Source: Felis catus
Lineage: Eukaryota
Assembly: GCF_018350175.1 (NCBI RefSeq)
Contig: NC_058383.1
Span: 17,114,001 to 17,178,000 of the forward strand
Length of the DNA: 64,000 nucleotides
Direction: 5' to 3'
Below, one piece after another: positions 46,251-58,883 of this stretch (the first letter of the stretch is position 1; the number at the start of each line of letters is the position of its first letter). Under the pieces are notes generated by a model. That model was not told the origin of the DNA, ran no database searches, and saw nothing but the letters and a program-made list of their open reading frames with translations. The translations under genes were made by a program, and so were the position numbers.

Positions 46251-49151
46251 AGCTGTAAGTGAGTAAAAGCAATAGATTTTTTTAAAGGCTCTGAACTTTC
46301 CCTGGGGAGGGGAAATTCACACCATCAGGACACACATCTCTGGTAATCTCTCAAGACAGAGAAAGGAGAAATACCTTCCAAGTACCTTTCTCATACATCT
46401 CAGGACAATTAATTTCTCTATGAGGTCATTTAGCCAGCAGGAAGGACCCCACTTTTGTGATCTCAGAGGTTGGGGATAAATCCTGGAGACCAACCCAAGA
46501 TGGATCATCAGGAAGATCCCACAGATAAAGAAAGTATTACTGATGCCTGTGACCAGTCTGAGAATGGATAGAGTGGAACATTCTCCAGCACCCCCCCATT
46601 TTAGGTGCCAGTCATATCATAAGTCCTGACAAGAAGGAGGGGACTGAAATGCTAGAAACTGGGGTAGCAGCACTATCAGAATTTACCACAAGTTTAGTTT
46701 CTTTGACCAAGTAGGTAAAAACTCTTAAGAAGGTAATGTTATTAGTTACAATACAGGGACAACTGCTGTGTTGAAGACTCAAAATACCAGTGCCTTAAAG
46801 AAGATTTCTCTTTCTTATAACAATATGAGATTATGGAGTCCATGGATAACATAGTGGTTCTACAGAGTTAGAACCCAAACTCTGTTTCACTTTGGCATTC
46901 TTAAGTGTTGCCCTTGTCAGCAAAGTCTAAAATGGTGAATGACACACTTCAGTTGGTAAAGATGGTAAGGAGAAAAGAGGTACACTTCTTCTCTCAGAAG
47001 ACCAGACTCCAAAGTTGTTCACTCACCCTACTCATATCCCATTAGTCAGAAAATAGCCACATGGCCATCATAGCTGTATAGGAAACTGGGAAATGTGCTC
47101 TTTAACTGGGTGGCCATATTTGTTATCCATTGTGGCATAACAAACTATTCCAAAGCAGAGTGGATTATTTCCCACAGTTCTGGGCAGTTCTTTTGTTGGA
47201 CTTGCCAGTGGCTGCAGTCATCAGATTCCAGGACTGGGCTGGAAGAGTCACAATGGCCTCAGGAATGCAGTTGTGCTATCAGCTGGGAGCCTTAGTTGTC
47301 TCTTCCATATGGCTGCTCATTCTCCAATGAGCTAGATGGGTATCAGCATGGTGGTGTGAGGGTGGGAGCAGAAGCTGTAGTGCTTCTCACGGCCTAGGCT
47401 CTGGAACTCCAACACATCTCTTAAGCCACCACATTCTATTGGTCAAAGTAAGCCACAAGACCAGCCCAAATTCCAGGGAGTAGAGATAGGCCCCTCCACT
47501 TGATGGAAAGAGCACAATGTCCCAGTGCAAAGGAGTGAGATACAAAGAGGCACAATTCACTGGAGATTATAATTCTAACAATATTCCATGGTGGCCCAGA
47601 TAAGAACCCTATTACTAAGAAAAGGAGAGTAGAGACTGAAGGGATTTATTTATTCTGAATCAAGGGACCCCAAGAAGTAAAATCAAAGGCAGACTTTCCT
47701 GGTTTGGCTGCTTATCATGAGAGATTTATGGCCCTGTTTATTAGTAACATTATGGTCATGTTAAGAGAATTTGTCACTGGAAATTATTTCTTTTCCAACC
47801 CATCATAAAACTCCTATCTGGCTGAATTCGACACAAGCTTCCGATTCAATGATGCCAATGTGGACTCTGAGCCCACAAGACTTTAACTGCTCTTCCAAGA
47901 GCAGGTCCCTGCAGATACAGAGGCCCTCTTTCCTGGGGCATTTAAGGACTTCTGCAGATATTAAGGTCATTTATCTTTTAACCTAAGAAAGGAAAAAAAC
48001 ATTTTTAATGGATTTTAAAGTCAGAAGAGAAAATTGTGTGGAATCATCTAAATGTGTATCTAAATCATCTAAATGTGTATGTGGAATCATCTGACATGTG
48101 TAATGGCACCCCCAGGATACAAAGGGCCATTGTCTCATTAGTCACTCTTTGATGACATCATATTGCACTTTGAATAAAATTAGAACTCCTCCACTCTGGC
48201 TTACAAAGTGCATCTGCCCAAGCTCTTGCCCACTCTCCAGCCCCATCTATGCTGTCCCCTAACTGGAACACTTCAGCCCCTACTTGATTCAGGTGTTGCC
48301 TACCCTGGGGTCTCTTCCCAAACCTTCCCAAACAGGAAGATCCCTTCCCTCTTCCTATCATATCTGGAACAGGCTTCCATCTGAGCAATGATTTTCTTGC
48401 ATTTCTGTTAATCTAAACCATGATTTTCTTGTATTTTGATGAGCCCCATGAAATTGTCATTTTTGTCAACATGTTGGCACTTTCATATGGCTCACCTAAT
48501 ATTATTATAACAGCTGAATAAAAGTCACTCTCCTGACACTTAACTCGTACCTGCTGCACACCCATTCCTGACTGCCCCTGCTGCACACCCATTCTTCAAA
48601 AATCATCAGGACAGTAAAGGAGGAAAGCTTTGGAACCAGAAAGACCAGATTTGAATCCCAGCTCCATTCTAGTCCTATCTGTAATGACCTCAGGCCATTA
48701 GTGTGATCTCTCCAAGCCTCAGTTTTCTCATAAGTGAAATTCAGGTATATTAAATAGCAATGTTATTAACTAGCAAGTGGTGGCTACTTAGCAGGACTAG
48801 TGTGAGAATTAGGATACGTGCTGAAGCCAGAGTTGTGGCTACTGCACTGACAAAGGTATGGGAAATGGGCACTGGGGGGAGGGAAGGCTACCTCGAAACA
48901 GCTATCAAAACTTTACCTGTACACACCCTTGGTAGCAAGTGCTTTTGGTGCCCTGCCCAGATCCCTGTGGACCTTGCCAGGGGAGCATAGCCTCATCAGT
49001 CAGACTTCCAACTAGCAGCACCTGTTATCTCTTTCTCTGACCACCAGAGCCCACTCTGTCCTCATTCAGGACAGGCCAGAAGTGCCAGAGAATTAATGAC
49101 TCCCTTCCCCACCAAGAGCAGACCTCAGCCAATAACTGCAGAATTGGTGGA

Positions 49152-49616
49152 CAGTTCTCTTGAACAACACAGGTTTGAATTGCACAGGTCCACTTTTATG
49201 TGGATTTTTTCCAATGGAGATACATATAGTACTGTAAATGTATTTTCTCTTCATTATGATTTTCTTTTTCTTAAAATTTTTTTTAATTTTTATTTTAAAT
49301 AGGCTCCATGCCCAACATAGAACTTGGACTCATGACCCTAAGGTCAGGAGTCTCATGCTCTACTGATTGAGCCAGCCAGGCACCCCTTCCTTGTGATTTT
49401 CTTAATAACATTTTCTTTTCTCTAGCTTACTTTATTATAAGAATAGATAAAATAATACAATATAATATATACAATATGTAAATTATGTGTTGACTATTTA
49501 TGTTATGTCAGTAAGACTTAGTAATTAAGTTTTTGGGGAGTCAAAAGTCATACATGGATTTTCAACTGTGTGAGGGGTCAGTGCCCCTAACTTCCGCGTT
49601 GTTCAAAGGTCAACTA
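49152..49616. mobile_element. Tigger2/MER28-like DNA transposon, with a partial CAN-SINE (~49265-49386) inside
   Basis: Terminal inverted repeats cagttctcttgaacaacac... / ...gcgttgttcaaaggtcaacta. Confidence 0.7.
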
Positions 49617-49919
49617 TACATATTTCATCTCCTTCTGTCTTCAAGTGGGGCAATGTTGAGGTGTACATTCTACACTGTCTCCCAGAAATCCCAGGGGTTA
49701 TGCTCCAAGGGTTCAGAGTGGTCCCTCTTGAAAATGGATGACTTTCCTGGATGTCTTTCCTTCCCAGCTCACATCCCTCCCCTATTTCTTGGGGCCACTG
49801 TTAAATAAACTTCTTTCACTCAAATTCTTATCTTGAATTTGTTTGTGGGAGAACCCAAACTTCTGAGAATATATCCTATAAATTATCTTTACACATATGC
49901 AAAAATTACATATATTCAA

Positions 49920-49925
49920 TTTATT
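49920..49925 (-). terminator. Probable ITGAM polyadenylation signal (3' UTR ~1.0 kb)
   Basis: AATAAA on the minus strand ~1020 nt past the stop codon, followed by a T/GT-rich tract. Confidence 0.6.
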
Positions 49926-50942
49926 AATTCATCATTGTTTGTAGTTACAAGAGGTTGGAAATAATATACCGAAAAGAAACTGGTTAAATACATCATGATC
50001 TTTCCATACAATGGGATACTACATAGCTGTATAAAAGAATGAAAAAAAAAATACTTTGTCTTGATATAAAACATCTAAGCCATATTGATGAATAAAGCAA
50101 GATGCAAAACAGTATAAATAACACCTATTACCATTTGTGTAAAAAAGCTTATGTGTGTGTGTTTGCATATGCTTAAAATCTTTGTGAAGAAGACCCCAAA
50201 ACACATAACCTTATAACCCCTTAGGAATGACTTGAATGGCTAGGGGGACCAGGATGGAAGGGAAATTTTTCATCATTCATGCTTGGACAACTTTTGATTT
50301 TTGTTCTATCGATGGGTTTACCCTTCCAAAAAATAAAGGTAATATTAAAATAATAAGTAAATGCATACATAAAAGGAGGTGCACCATTGCTCATTGGACC
50401 TTATGTAGCTCTAGTATGGAATGGAATGAGTGGACAGGCTCCTGGTGGCTAATCAGATCCTGGCTCCATCACAGCTCCTCCATGTGGTCTTGATCCAGCT
50501 GCAAAGCATCTTGCAGATATGTGTCCTCACCCATGAAAGAAGGTCTTGCTTCCTTCAGCAGGAACAGGATCTGTTACATTTCCCTTTATCTTCACCCACA
50601 AAATCTGCCATCACTTCTGTCAAGAGGAAGGCCCAATGGCACCTTCACCCACACACAAAGAAGCCTAATCAATTCTCTTCTGCCTGAGAGGTTGTACTGA
50701 CGGCACTCATCCCCATGCAAAAGACATCTGAGTCACACACACAACTCATGCACATGCTTGCACACACACTTGCACAAACACACACACACATGAATGGAAA
50801 CCCAAGCAGTTCTTTTTCGACTGAGATGTTACCACCCCACTCTCCTAATAGCGGAGTCTGCCCAACAGCCTGGGGACCTGCATGCCGGTCTAACCAGAAT
50901 CCTACTTGCTGCAGGAGAGGCCACTCAACGGGGAAGGAGCTG

Positions 50943-51011
50943 TTACTGGGGCTGGGCATTGGGACCAGCTTCACTCATCATGTCCTTGTACTGCCGTTTG
51001 AAGAAGCCAAG
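50943..51011 (-). CDS. ITGAM: ITGAM exon 30 coding part (GFFKR tail, TAA stop)
   Basis: [22 protein letters not shown]. Confidence 0.95.
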   Translation of the reverse strand, partial: LGFFKRQYKDMMSEAGPNAQPQ

Positions 51012-54000
51012 CTGTGAAGGCAAAGAGAGAGGAGTAAGGGCCACCAAAGTCAGGGAAGTGGTGAAGGCCATGCAGAACAGGAGGGGAGACATAGGGGCCA
51101 GGAGGAACAAAGAATAATGTGACAGAGTGTAAAGAGACCTGGGGAAAGTGGGGCAGAGAAAGAGATGGCTTTGATGTTAGAGTCAGGAAAGTGAAAATAA
51201 ATAAAACATACAAGGAGATGGATTAATCCTTACATAGTGGTCATTCTGTACCAGGGACCATTCTAAGTACACTACATATATATTAACCCAATTACCTTCA
51301 CAAAGTAGTATTTATATTCTCATTTCATAGCTGAAGAAACTGAGACTCTGTGACTTGGTGTGAGTTGAACCCAATAATGAGCTGCTGAGTAAGAAGCAGT
51401 GAGGATAGAGGAGAGCAAACAGGAAGAGGGGATACCTTGTACAGTCCAGCGGTGATGAGGGCCAGAAGCACCAGCCCCCCCACTGAGCTGCCCACTATAA
51501 GTGGTACAGGGTTGTGCACTTCATTTGGCTCCACTTTGGTTTCTATCTGTAGCAGGGGGAGGGAGGGTACATCAGGGGAACCCCAAATTTCTAGGGGTTC
51601 CCCAGTCAGACCTTCTGCCCCCACTTAACCCAATGACTGGCCCCTCCCTCTGCCCTCACTCCTCCTCCCACTCCTCCTCCTCTGTCTCTTTCTAGCTCTT
51701 TACCCAGAGATCTTCACAAGCCCAGCCTCAGCTCCTACCTCCAATAGTCCCTCTGTGCCAAAGATAGATACCTGGGCCCTCAGAAATGCCTCCTGTCCTG
51801 GAAGCAGGGCAAACTTCGAATCATCATACAAGACCTCTGCCGTGGTCACAACCTGAAGGTAGTTTGCTGAAGTCTACAGGAGAGAGTAGATTGAATCTGG
51901 ACCCATGGGCCCTCTGAAATATCATGTCCATGCCCAGCTGAGTCCTGTCCCTCACATACCTTGATATACCAGTCAAATGAGAGTTTGCCTTGGAGGGTAA
52001 TGTTGACTTTTTCCTGGATGCTGAAGGATGGGATGTCACACTGGATTCTCTGGCAGACAGCAATGGAGCAGTTCTGGGGAAGGGAAGAAAGGGGAGAAGT
52101 GACTAAAGAAATTGGATGCAAAAATGCTCATGCACCCAGCCCACTCAGTTGACAGATGGTATTGAGCATCAACAGGGGGACAGTGCTGGGTCTGGCTTAT
52201 TCTTACCACCACTGGGGCCCTCTTAAGCTCTGCCATGAAGTCAGAGAGAGGGGGAGAATTCTCCGTGGTGTTGCATGTTCTGGAGAGGTTCTGAGGAAAA
52301 GAGACACCATGAGAATAGAGAGAAATGAGGGCTTGTGAATCCAGGCTTAAGGAGGCTGAAATGGCCTAAGTCCAGGAGAAGGTCAAAGTGCCTCCAAAAT
52401 AAAACAGAGATTTTAGGAAAGACAAGGGCTATGGAGGGAGGAGTTAGGACACTTCTCAAGCCCAGCTAGGCTTACCTGGGAAAGGGTGACCTGGAGGTTG
52501 TCCCACACAGCCACCTGGTTCAGCTTGATAGGCACCCAGAAGACCACAATGATGGGGAGGCTCCTCTGTCCCAAGTTGTTGACCTGCACAGTGGGAAGAA
52601 GGCAGTGGACTTCAGAGCTCTGGCCTTTCCACTTACACCAGCAACCAGAATCAGTCTTCCCACTCCTGACACCCCAGTACACTTAAATAAGGCCTCACAG
52701 ACCCAAACAGCCTGCCTCTTGATGCTTTCTGGGATGCAGTAAATTGTAGCACTTAAACACACATTCAAGACCCAGATAGGTTGGTAATAAGTGGTGTCTC
52801 TTCCACTTACTAGTGGGGACACTGTGGCCATGTTCTGTTAACTTCTCTGAGCCTCAGTTTCTCCATCTGTGAACTGGAGATAATGATAGTGCCTCCTTCA
52901 AAGACTCATTGTAAGGATAAAATGAGGTGTGTGTGTGTGTGTGTGTGTGTGTGGTTCTGTGTGTATAGGGTGAAAGTAAACTTGGAACAGAGCCCAGAAC
53001 ATAGTAGGCACCTGAGGCATGTATCCCATCATTATTTCCCATTATTGCATTCCCAGCACATTGATTTCCCTCCCTGTCATCCTTCTCAGCTCCCCACCTC
53101 ATACTGGTGCTTTATACTGTGGCTGGTCTTCTCTGAGGCTATGAAGCTGAGATATTTGGTGGAGACTTCATGGCTGATGGGAGAAAGAAGAAAGTACAGG
53201 AGGTGTCAGGACATCAGAGGTGTCCTGAGAAGGAGTCTTGGGCTAAGTATGTAAGGGAGTGAACAAGTACATGGGTAATGCTGTCCTGAGAAGGTGCTAG
53301 TGGGGCGGTAAGCAGGGGGGGATGTGTGTCAGACACACAGGATGTGCTAGCTTGGGTTACACACACACATATGCACACAGGCACAAATATACTCCCAGGC
53401 ACATATAAACACATATACACAGTCACTCGTGTGCATAGACTCACACACACAAATACACAATGGGTCATGTCCAGCATAATGGTAAAGGCAGAGCTAAAGC
53501 CCTAGAATCCAGCACCTTGTGACCACCACGAAGACAGTGTATTTCACAGGCAACTCCAGTTGGAATTCAGTTTTGTTGGTCTTAGTTGTGTTGTTCTCAC
53601 TAAAGGGAAACAGAGAGCTTTCCTGTGTATATTTCCACTAAATTATAATCTCTGTAAGGGCAGGAACCACAGCTGTCTTGTCCATCACTGTCTCACCAGC
53701 ACTGGGCAAAATGCCTGGCACATGGTGAGTGCTCAGTTGGTATTTATTGAATGAATGAATAAATAACTGACTAAGCTGAGGAGAGAACCAGTGGGGAGAT
53801 GGCAGTGGTCCATCCTGGGCAGGGGGTTGGGGCCTCAAAGGGGGTAAGATAGGCACAGCACACCTGGTCACATTGGCCTTGAGTAGTAGTCTGTTTCCAA
53901 AGAAAGCATCAGATTCCACACCAAATGTGATATTAAAGGTGATCTGGAGTTAGAGAGAGGAGAGACAGTGAAAAGAATAGAAGAAACAACTTAAATGTCT

Positions 54001-56785
54001 ATCAACTAAAGAATGGATAAATAAAATGTGGTGCTTCCATACAACAGGATACTATGCAACAGTAAAAAGAAAATATTGGTAGATGCTGCAAATATACATG
54101 AGAAGTGTCCAGAATAGGTGAACCTAGAGACAGAAAATACATTAGTGGTTGCCTAGGGCTTGGAGAAATGAGAGGACTAGAATTGATGGCTGAGGAGAGC
54201 AGCATCTTTTCTTGAGGTAATAAAATATTCTAAAATTGATCATGGTGATGAATATGTAACTCTGTGAACATACTAAAAAGCCACCCAATTGTCTGCTTGA
54301 AATAGGTGAATTGTATGGTATACGAATTGTATCTCAGTAAAGCTATTTTTCAAAACAAAAAAGGAGCCTCTACTTTTAAAAAATAAGAAAAGAATTCAGA
54401 AAAAGACAAAAGAGAAAGGGAGAGGGGGACAGCAGCCTGACCTCTGAGTAGTTTGGGAAGATGGGGTGGCTTATGTTGCAGCTGCTATTCTTCAAAGCCT
54501 CGGGCCCATTGGTGGAGTCTTCAGACTCACAAGTCAGGCGCCATGGTCGCTGTGAGCGCTGCTTCTGGAAGGCAAGGGAGACAGAGATGGTAATGTGAAC
54601 CAGAACCTGTGGGGACAAGGAAAGCAAAGTCAGATCCTGAGAAGGATTTGACTACCTGGGTCACTGACATCCTCCTATAGGACAGGCCAGGTGGGTAGAA
54701 GAAGGTAACTTGAGTCCTGTAGGAGTCCTCGCCCTGGTTTCTCACAGTCAATGTCACATTCAGGTCTCGGGGACCACCCACCACCAGGGTATCCAGACTG
54801 TGGAAAGAACAAGCCAGGCCGTGAGACGCTGAGGCCCTCCATGTGGCAAGTCTACTCTGGTGGCACAGACTCTTGGAGAGAGAAGACAGTAAATGGGGCA
54901 ACCACACAAACACCTCCAAAGCAGCTGCTCTGTTCCAGGCTCCCTCAGAGGCCAGAACAGAGCACCAGGTTGTGGTGCAGGTTTTCAGGTAGCAGTGAGG
55001 AAAAGAAACTCACCCCATAAAAGTGAAGGTGATGCTGAGGTCATCATGGCAAATGTTGTCACTGCCACAATTCTGCTCAAAAGGAAACTACAAAAAAATA
55101 AAGTATGATGAAAAAAAGGAAAGAATAAAATGAAACAATAAAATATTGAGCTAGAGTGTATTATGCTAAATAAAATAGATCAATCAGAGAAAGACAAATA
55201 CCATATGATTTCACTTATATGTGGAACTTAAAAAAAAAACAGATGAGCATATGGGAAGGGGATAGGGAGAGAAGAGAGGGAAACAAATCACAAGACAATC
55301 TTAATGACAGAGAATAAACTGAGGGTTGATGGAGGGAAGTGAGTGGGAGATGGACTAGAAGGGTCATGGGTATTAAGGAGGGAACTTGTTGTGATGAGCA
55401 CTGGATGTTGTATGTAAGTGATGAATCACTCAATTCTACTCCTGAAACCAATATTGCACTGTATGTTAACTAAAATTTAAGTCAAAATAAAATAAAATAT
55501 TGAAATAAAATTATGTGAAATGAAATAAAATGTTCTTCAACAATCTTGGCCTCTGGTGTCTTCCATGACCCTGAAGGACCCCAACTCCAGAACTCACCGA
55601 AGCTGTGAAGAGTCTCTGTGCATCCACAGCCAGCACTGGCTGGAGGTTCCCGAATAAGGACAAGGGTTTCCCCACCAGAGAGAAGTTGAAGTGCAGGATG
55701 ATGGGGTTCACTGAATCCTCCACACAATACTGAGAGATAGTAGGGGGTTTGAGGGTTTGCCCTCCTTAGATTCCCAAACCCACCCCATGCATGGAGGACC
55801 CAGGAGTGTGGCCAACCCTTGCTCACCGGTAACAGTAGCTTTAGGGTCTCACATTCTTGATTCAGCCTCAAGATTCTTGTCTGTCTGCGTGTGCTGTTCT
55901 TTGTCTCATCAAAGACAACTCGGGGATGTGGGAGAGTTGGCTCCAGAGCCAAGTCATATGTGATGTTGCTCTGAATCTCTCCTGAAGGGGCAGGGCAGCA
56001 TGGTAGTGAGGATCCCAGCTTTGGAGTCAGACAAGCATGAGTTTGAGGCCCAGCTCTACTTTGGGCATGCTACCTGACCTCTTTGAGTCTCCATTCCTTA
56101 TTTTTTTAATGTTTTTAAGAGAGAGAGAGAACACAAGGGAGGGGCAGAGAGAGGGAGAGAGAGAATACGAAGCAGGTTCCATGCTGTCAGCACAGAGCCA
56201 GCTGGTTCGAACTCACAAACCTTGATATCATGACTTGAGCCCAAGTCAAGAGTTGGATGCTTAACCGACTGAGCCACCCAGGCACCCTGTCCATTCTTTA
56301 TTTTTAAGTTGAGGAAGATAATTGTACCTTCTCAGTGGTGAAAATGAAATGAAATAGTGTCTATAAAGCATTTATCACAGTCCTGCCACACAGAAAGTAC
56401 TCAAAAAATAGTAGCTATTCTGTTACACACTAGAAAACTAAGTATATTTTTCTGGTTGCGTTTAACTTCTTTCTCTTTGTCATTGGCATTCAGTAATTTG
56501 TGCCTTGGAATGGTACAATGTATGTCATATACATTGGTATAATGTACTATGGTATGGTTTCCTTTATATTTATCTTGCTTTGTTTTGGCAGAGAATCTTG
56601 ATGTCTTTCATTAGTTTAAAAAAAATTGTTACTGGGAACCCTGGGTGGCTCAGTCAGTTAAGGGTATAACTCTTGATTTTGACTCAGGTCATGATTTCAC
56701 ATGAGCCCCACTTCAGGCTTATACTGACAGCTTGGAGTCTGCTTGGGATTCTCTCTCTCCTCTCTGCCTCTCCCCCTGCTTGTGC

Positions 56786-56832
<47 letters not shown>

Positions 56833-58848
56833 ATAAGTAAGTAAATTTAAATAAAAAAAGAAAAAAATTCCCTCTATTTTGTTGCTTCTTTCTTATTCTC
56901 TCTCTTCTTTCAATTTCAAATTACGTTTATTAAATTTTTCACCATGCTCCATATGTCTTACGATTTTTTTCTGTATTTTTCATCCTCTTTTCTCTGTGTG
57001 TGTTAATCTAAACACTCTCAATTGATTTACTTTCCAGTTCACTAATTCTTTGTTCCACTTTGAACCTACTATCAAATCTATTTATTGAATTCTTAATTTA
57101 AGTCAGGGTATTTTTCAGTTCTATAGTTTCCATTTTACTCTATTTTATGAATTCCAGGTCTTTTCTGAAGTTCTCCATCATTTTCTCTTTTTTTCTTGAA
57201 GATATTAACTGTAGTTGTTTTTTAGATTCCTAATAACTCCAATTTCTGAATCACCTGTGGGTCTATTTCTATTCTCTATTGTTTCTCTTAGTTGCTGGTC
57301 TGAATACACATTGTTCCAATAGAAAGACCAAGTTGCTTACCAATACCCCTCTCAAATTTCTGTTTCCCCAGCACTAGGGAGCTGAACTTCTATACAACTC
57401 TTTGGCTGCTGTCTTCTACTGAGTTTCTTAGAGTATTGATCTAGACATACAGTGCTGATGAAGTCAGCCTATGACTTGAAAGGAATTTATATGTAGGTTT
57501 GGGGGCACCTTCTACATGATTCTCTACTCTCCAACACTTTTATATTAATGTCTAGCCATGCAAGCTGTCTCCTCAGCCTAGTAAGATTACTGTTAGAAAC
57601 CTAATTTTATTCCCTCATTTCTCTCTAGTACCATCATTATAATTCCCCCACACCCAGCACAATGCCACTCTTTCAGATTAGAGACAAGGAGGAAGTCAAG
57701 TTAGTTGTGATAAAATGTCATGCCTAAATGTTTTCTGAACTTGTGTTTAGCTTCATCAACTCAACCTGCCCTTTAAATGAGTTATCTCTTGACTTAAAAG
57801 AAATCCTGGTTATTTCACAGATGTGGGGCCATTGTTTCTCTGGAGAACTGAGAGAATAAAGGAGTGCCACATGCTCACTTCTGGTGAGGTTTTCTGGGCC
57901 TCTGTACCCAGTCAGGGAACTGTCTTCTCACTCCAGCCAAGCTTCGAAAAGGCTGTAGAAGCCTGTGGAAGTTTGCTCTGGACTGCCAGAAGGCTAGGAA
58001 GACTGCACTGGGACACCCATCAATATCTCCAGTTATTTAACCCTTTCAGACTTACCTACCCAGCCTCACCTTCTCTTAGCCTGTCCCGTGTATTCTTGCG
58101 GACACGAAGGCAAACTCTAACCTCCCCAGCAGTCTGACCTTTCACCACCTTTGCAAGACATTCAAACACATTCCTTGCCACTTCTTTGGGTGTGAACTCC
58201 ATGGTCACCTCAAGTCTCAGCACAGGCTGGGATCTGTAGGGACACCAGAGGACCATCAGGGGCCTTCAGACAGCAAAGCCACTCCTGAAAGGGAAGATAT
58301 TTGGTGTGCTATAAAAGAATTTCTTACCTAAGCAGCAGTACATGGCCTTGGGCTCCTATAGCCAGGTCCACCAGTCCATCCATTGTGAGGTCCTGGCCCC
58401 CACTCAGTGACTGACCAAAATATTGTAGTGTGGGGGAGAGCTGGGAGCCTTCAATCCGCTGAAGGTAGAAAAGAGGAGAGAAAGGGAGTGGGAAAGAATA
58501 GGGAAGTGTGTAACTCGGTTACCCAAAGTCACCCAAGAGGACAGATTGGGTTCCACTCAAGTCTCATCTCTTATAACTTCTAAGGGAATTAGGGCAACCA
58601 TTCAGCTTTAGACCACAGCCTTGAGATGATACCCAAAGTTTTCTTCAATCACCTAGGTTTTCCAGGACAAAGTTTTACAGGAAAGAAATTACAGGGGCAC
58701 CTGGGTGGTTTAATGTCCAACACTTGATTTTGGCTCAGGTCAAGATCTCACAGTTCGTGGGACTGAACCCCACGCCAGGCTCTGTGGTGACCATGTGGAG
58801 CTTGTTTGACATTCTCTCTCCCTCTCCCTCTGCCCCTCCCCTGCTCAT

Positions 58849-58883
<35 letters not shown>

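Noticed and set aside
48038..48102. Three ~21-bp tandem copies (aatcatctaaatgtgta); similar small duplications at ~2468-2570, ~28165-28200 and ~48550-48597
   Set aside because: Short local slippage duplications with no spacers or evident function.
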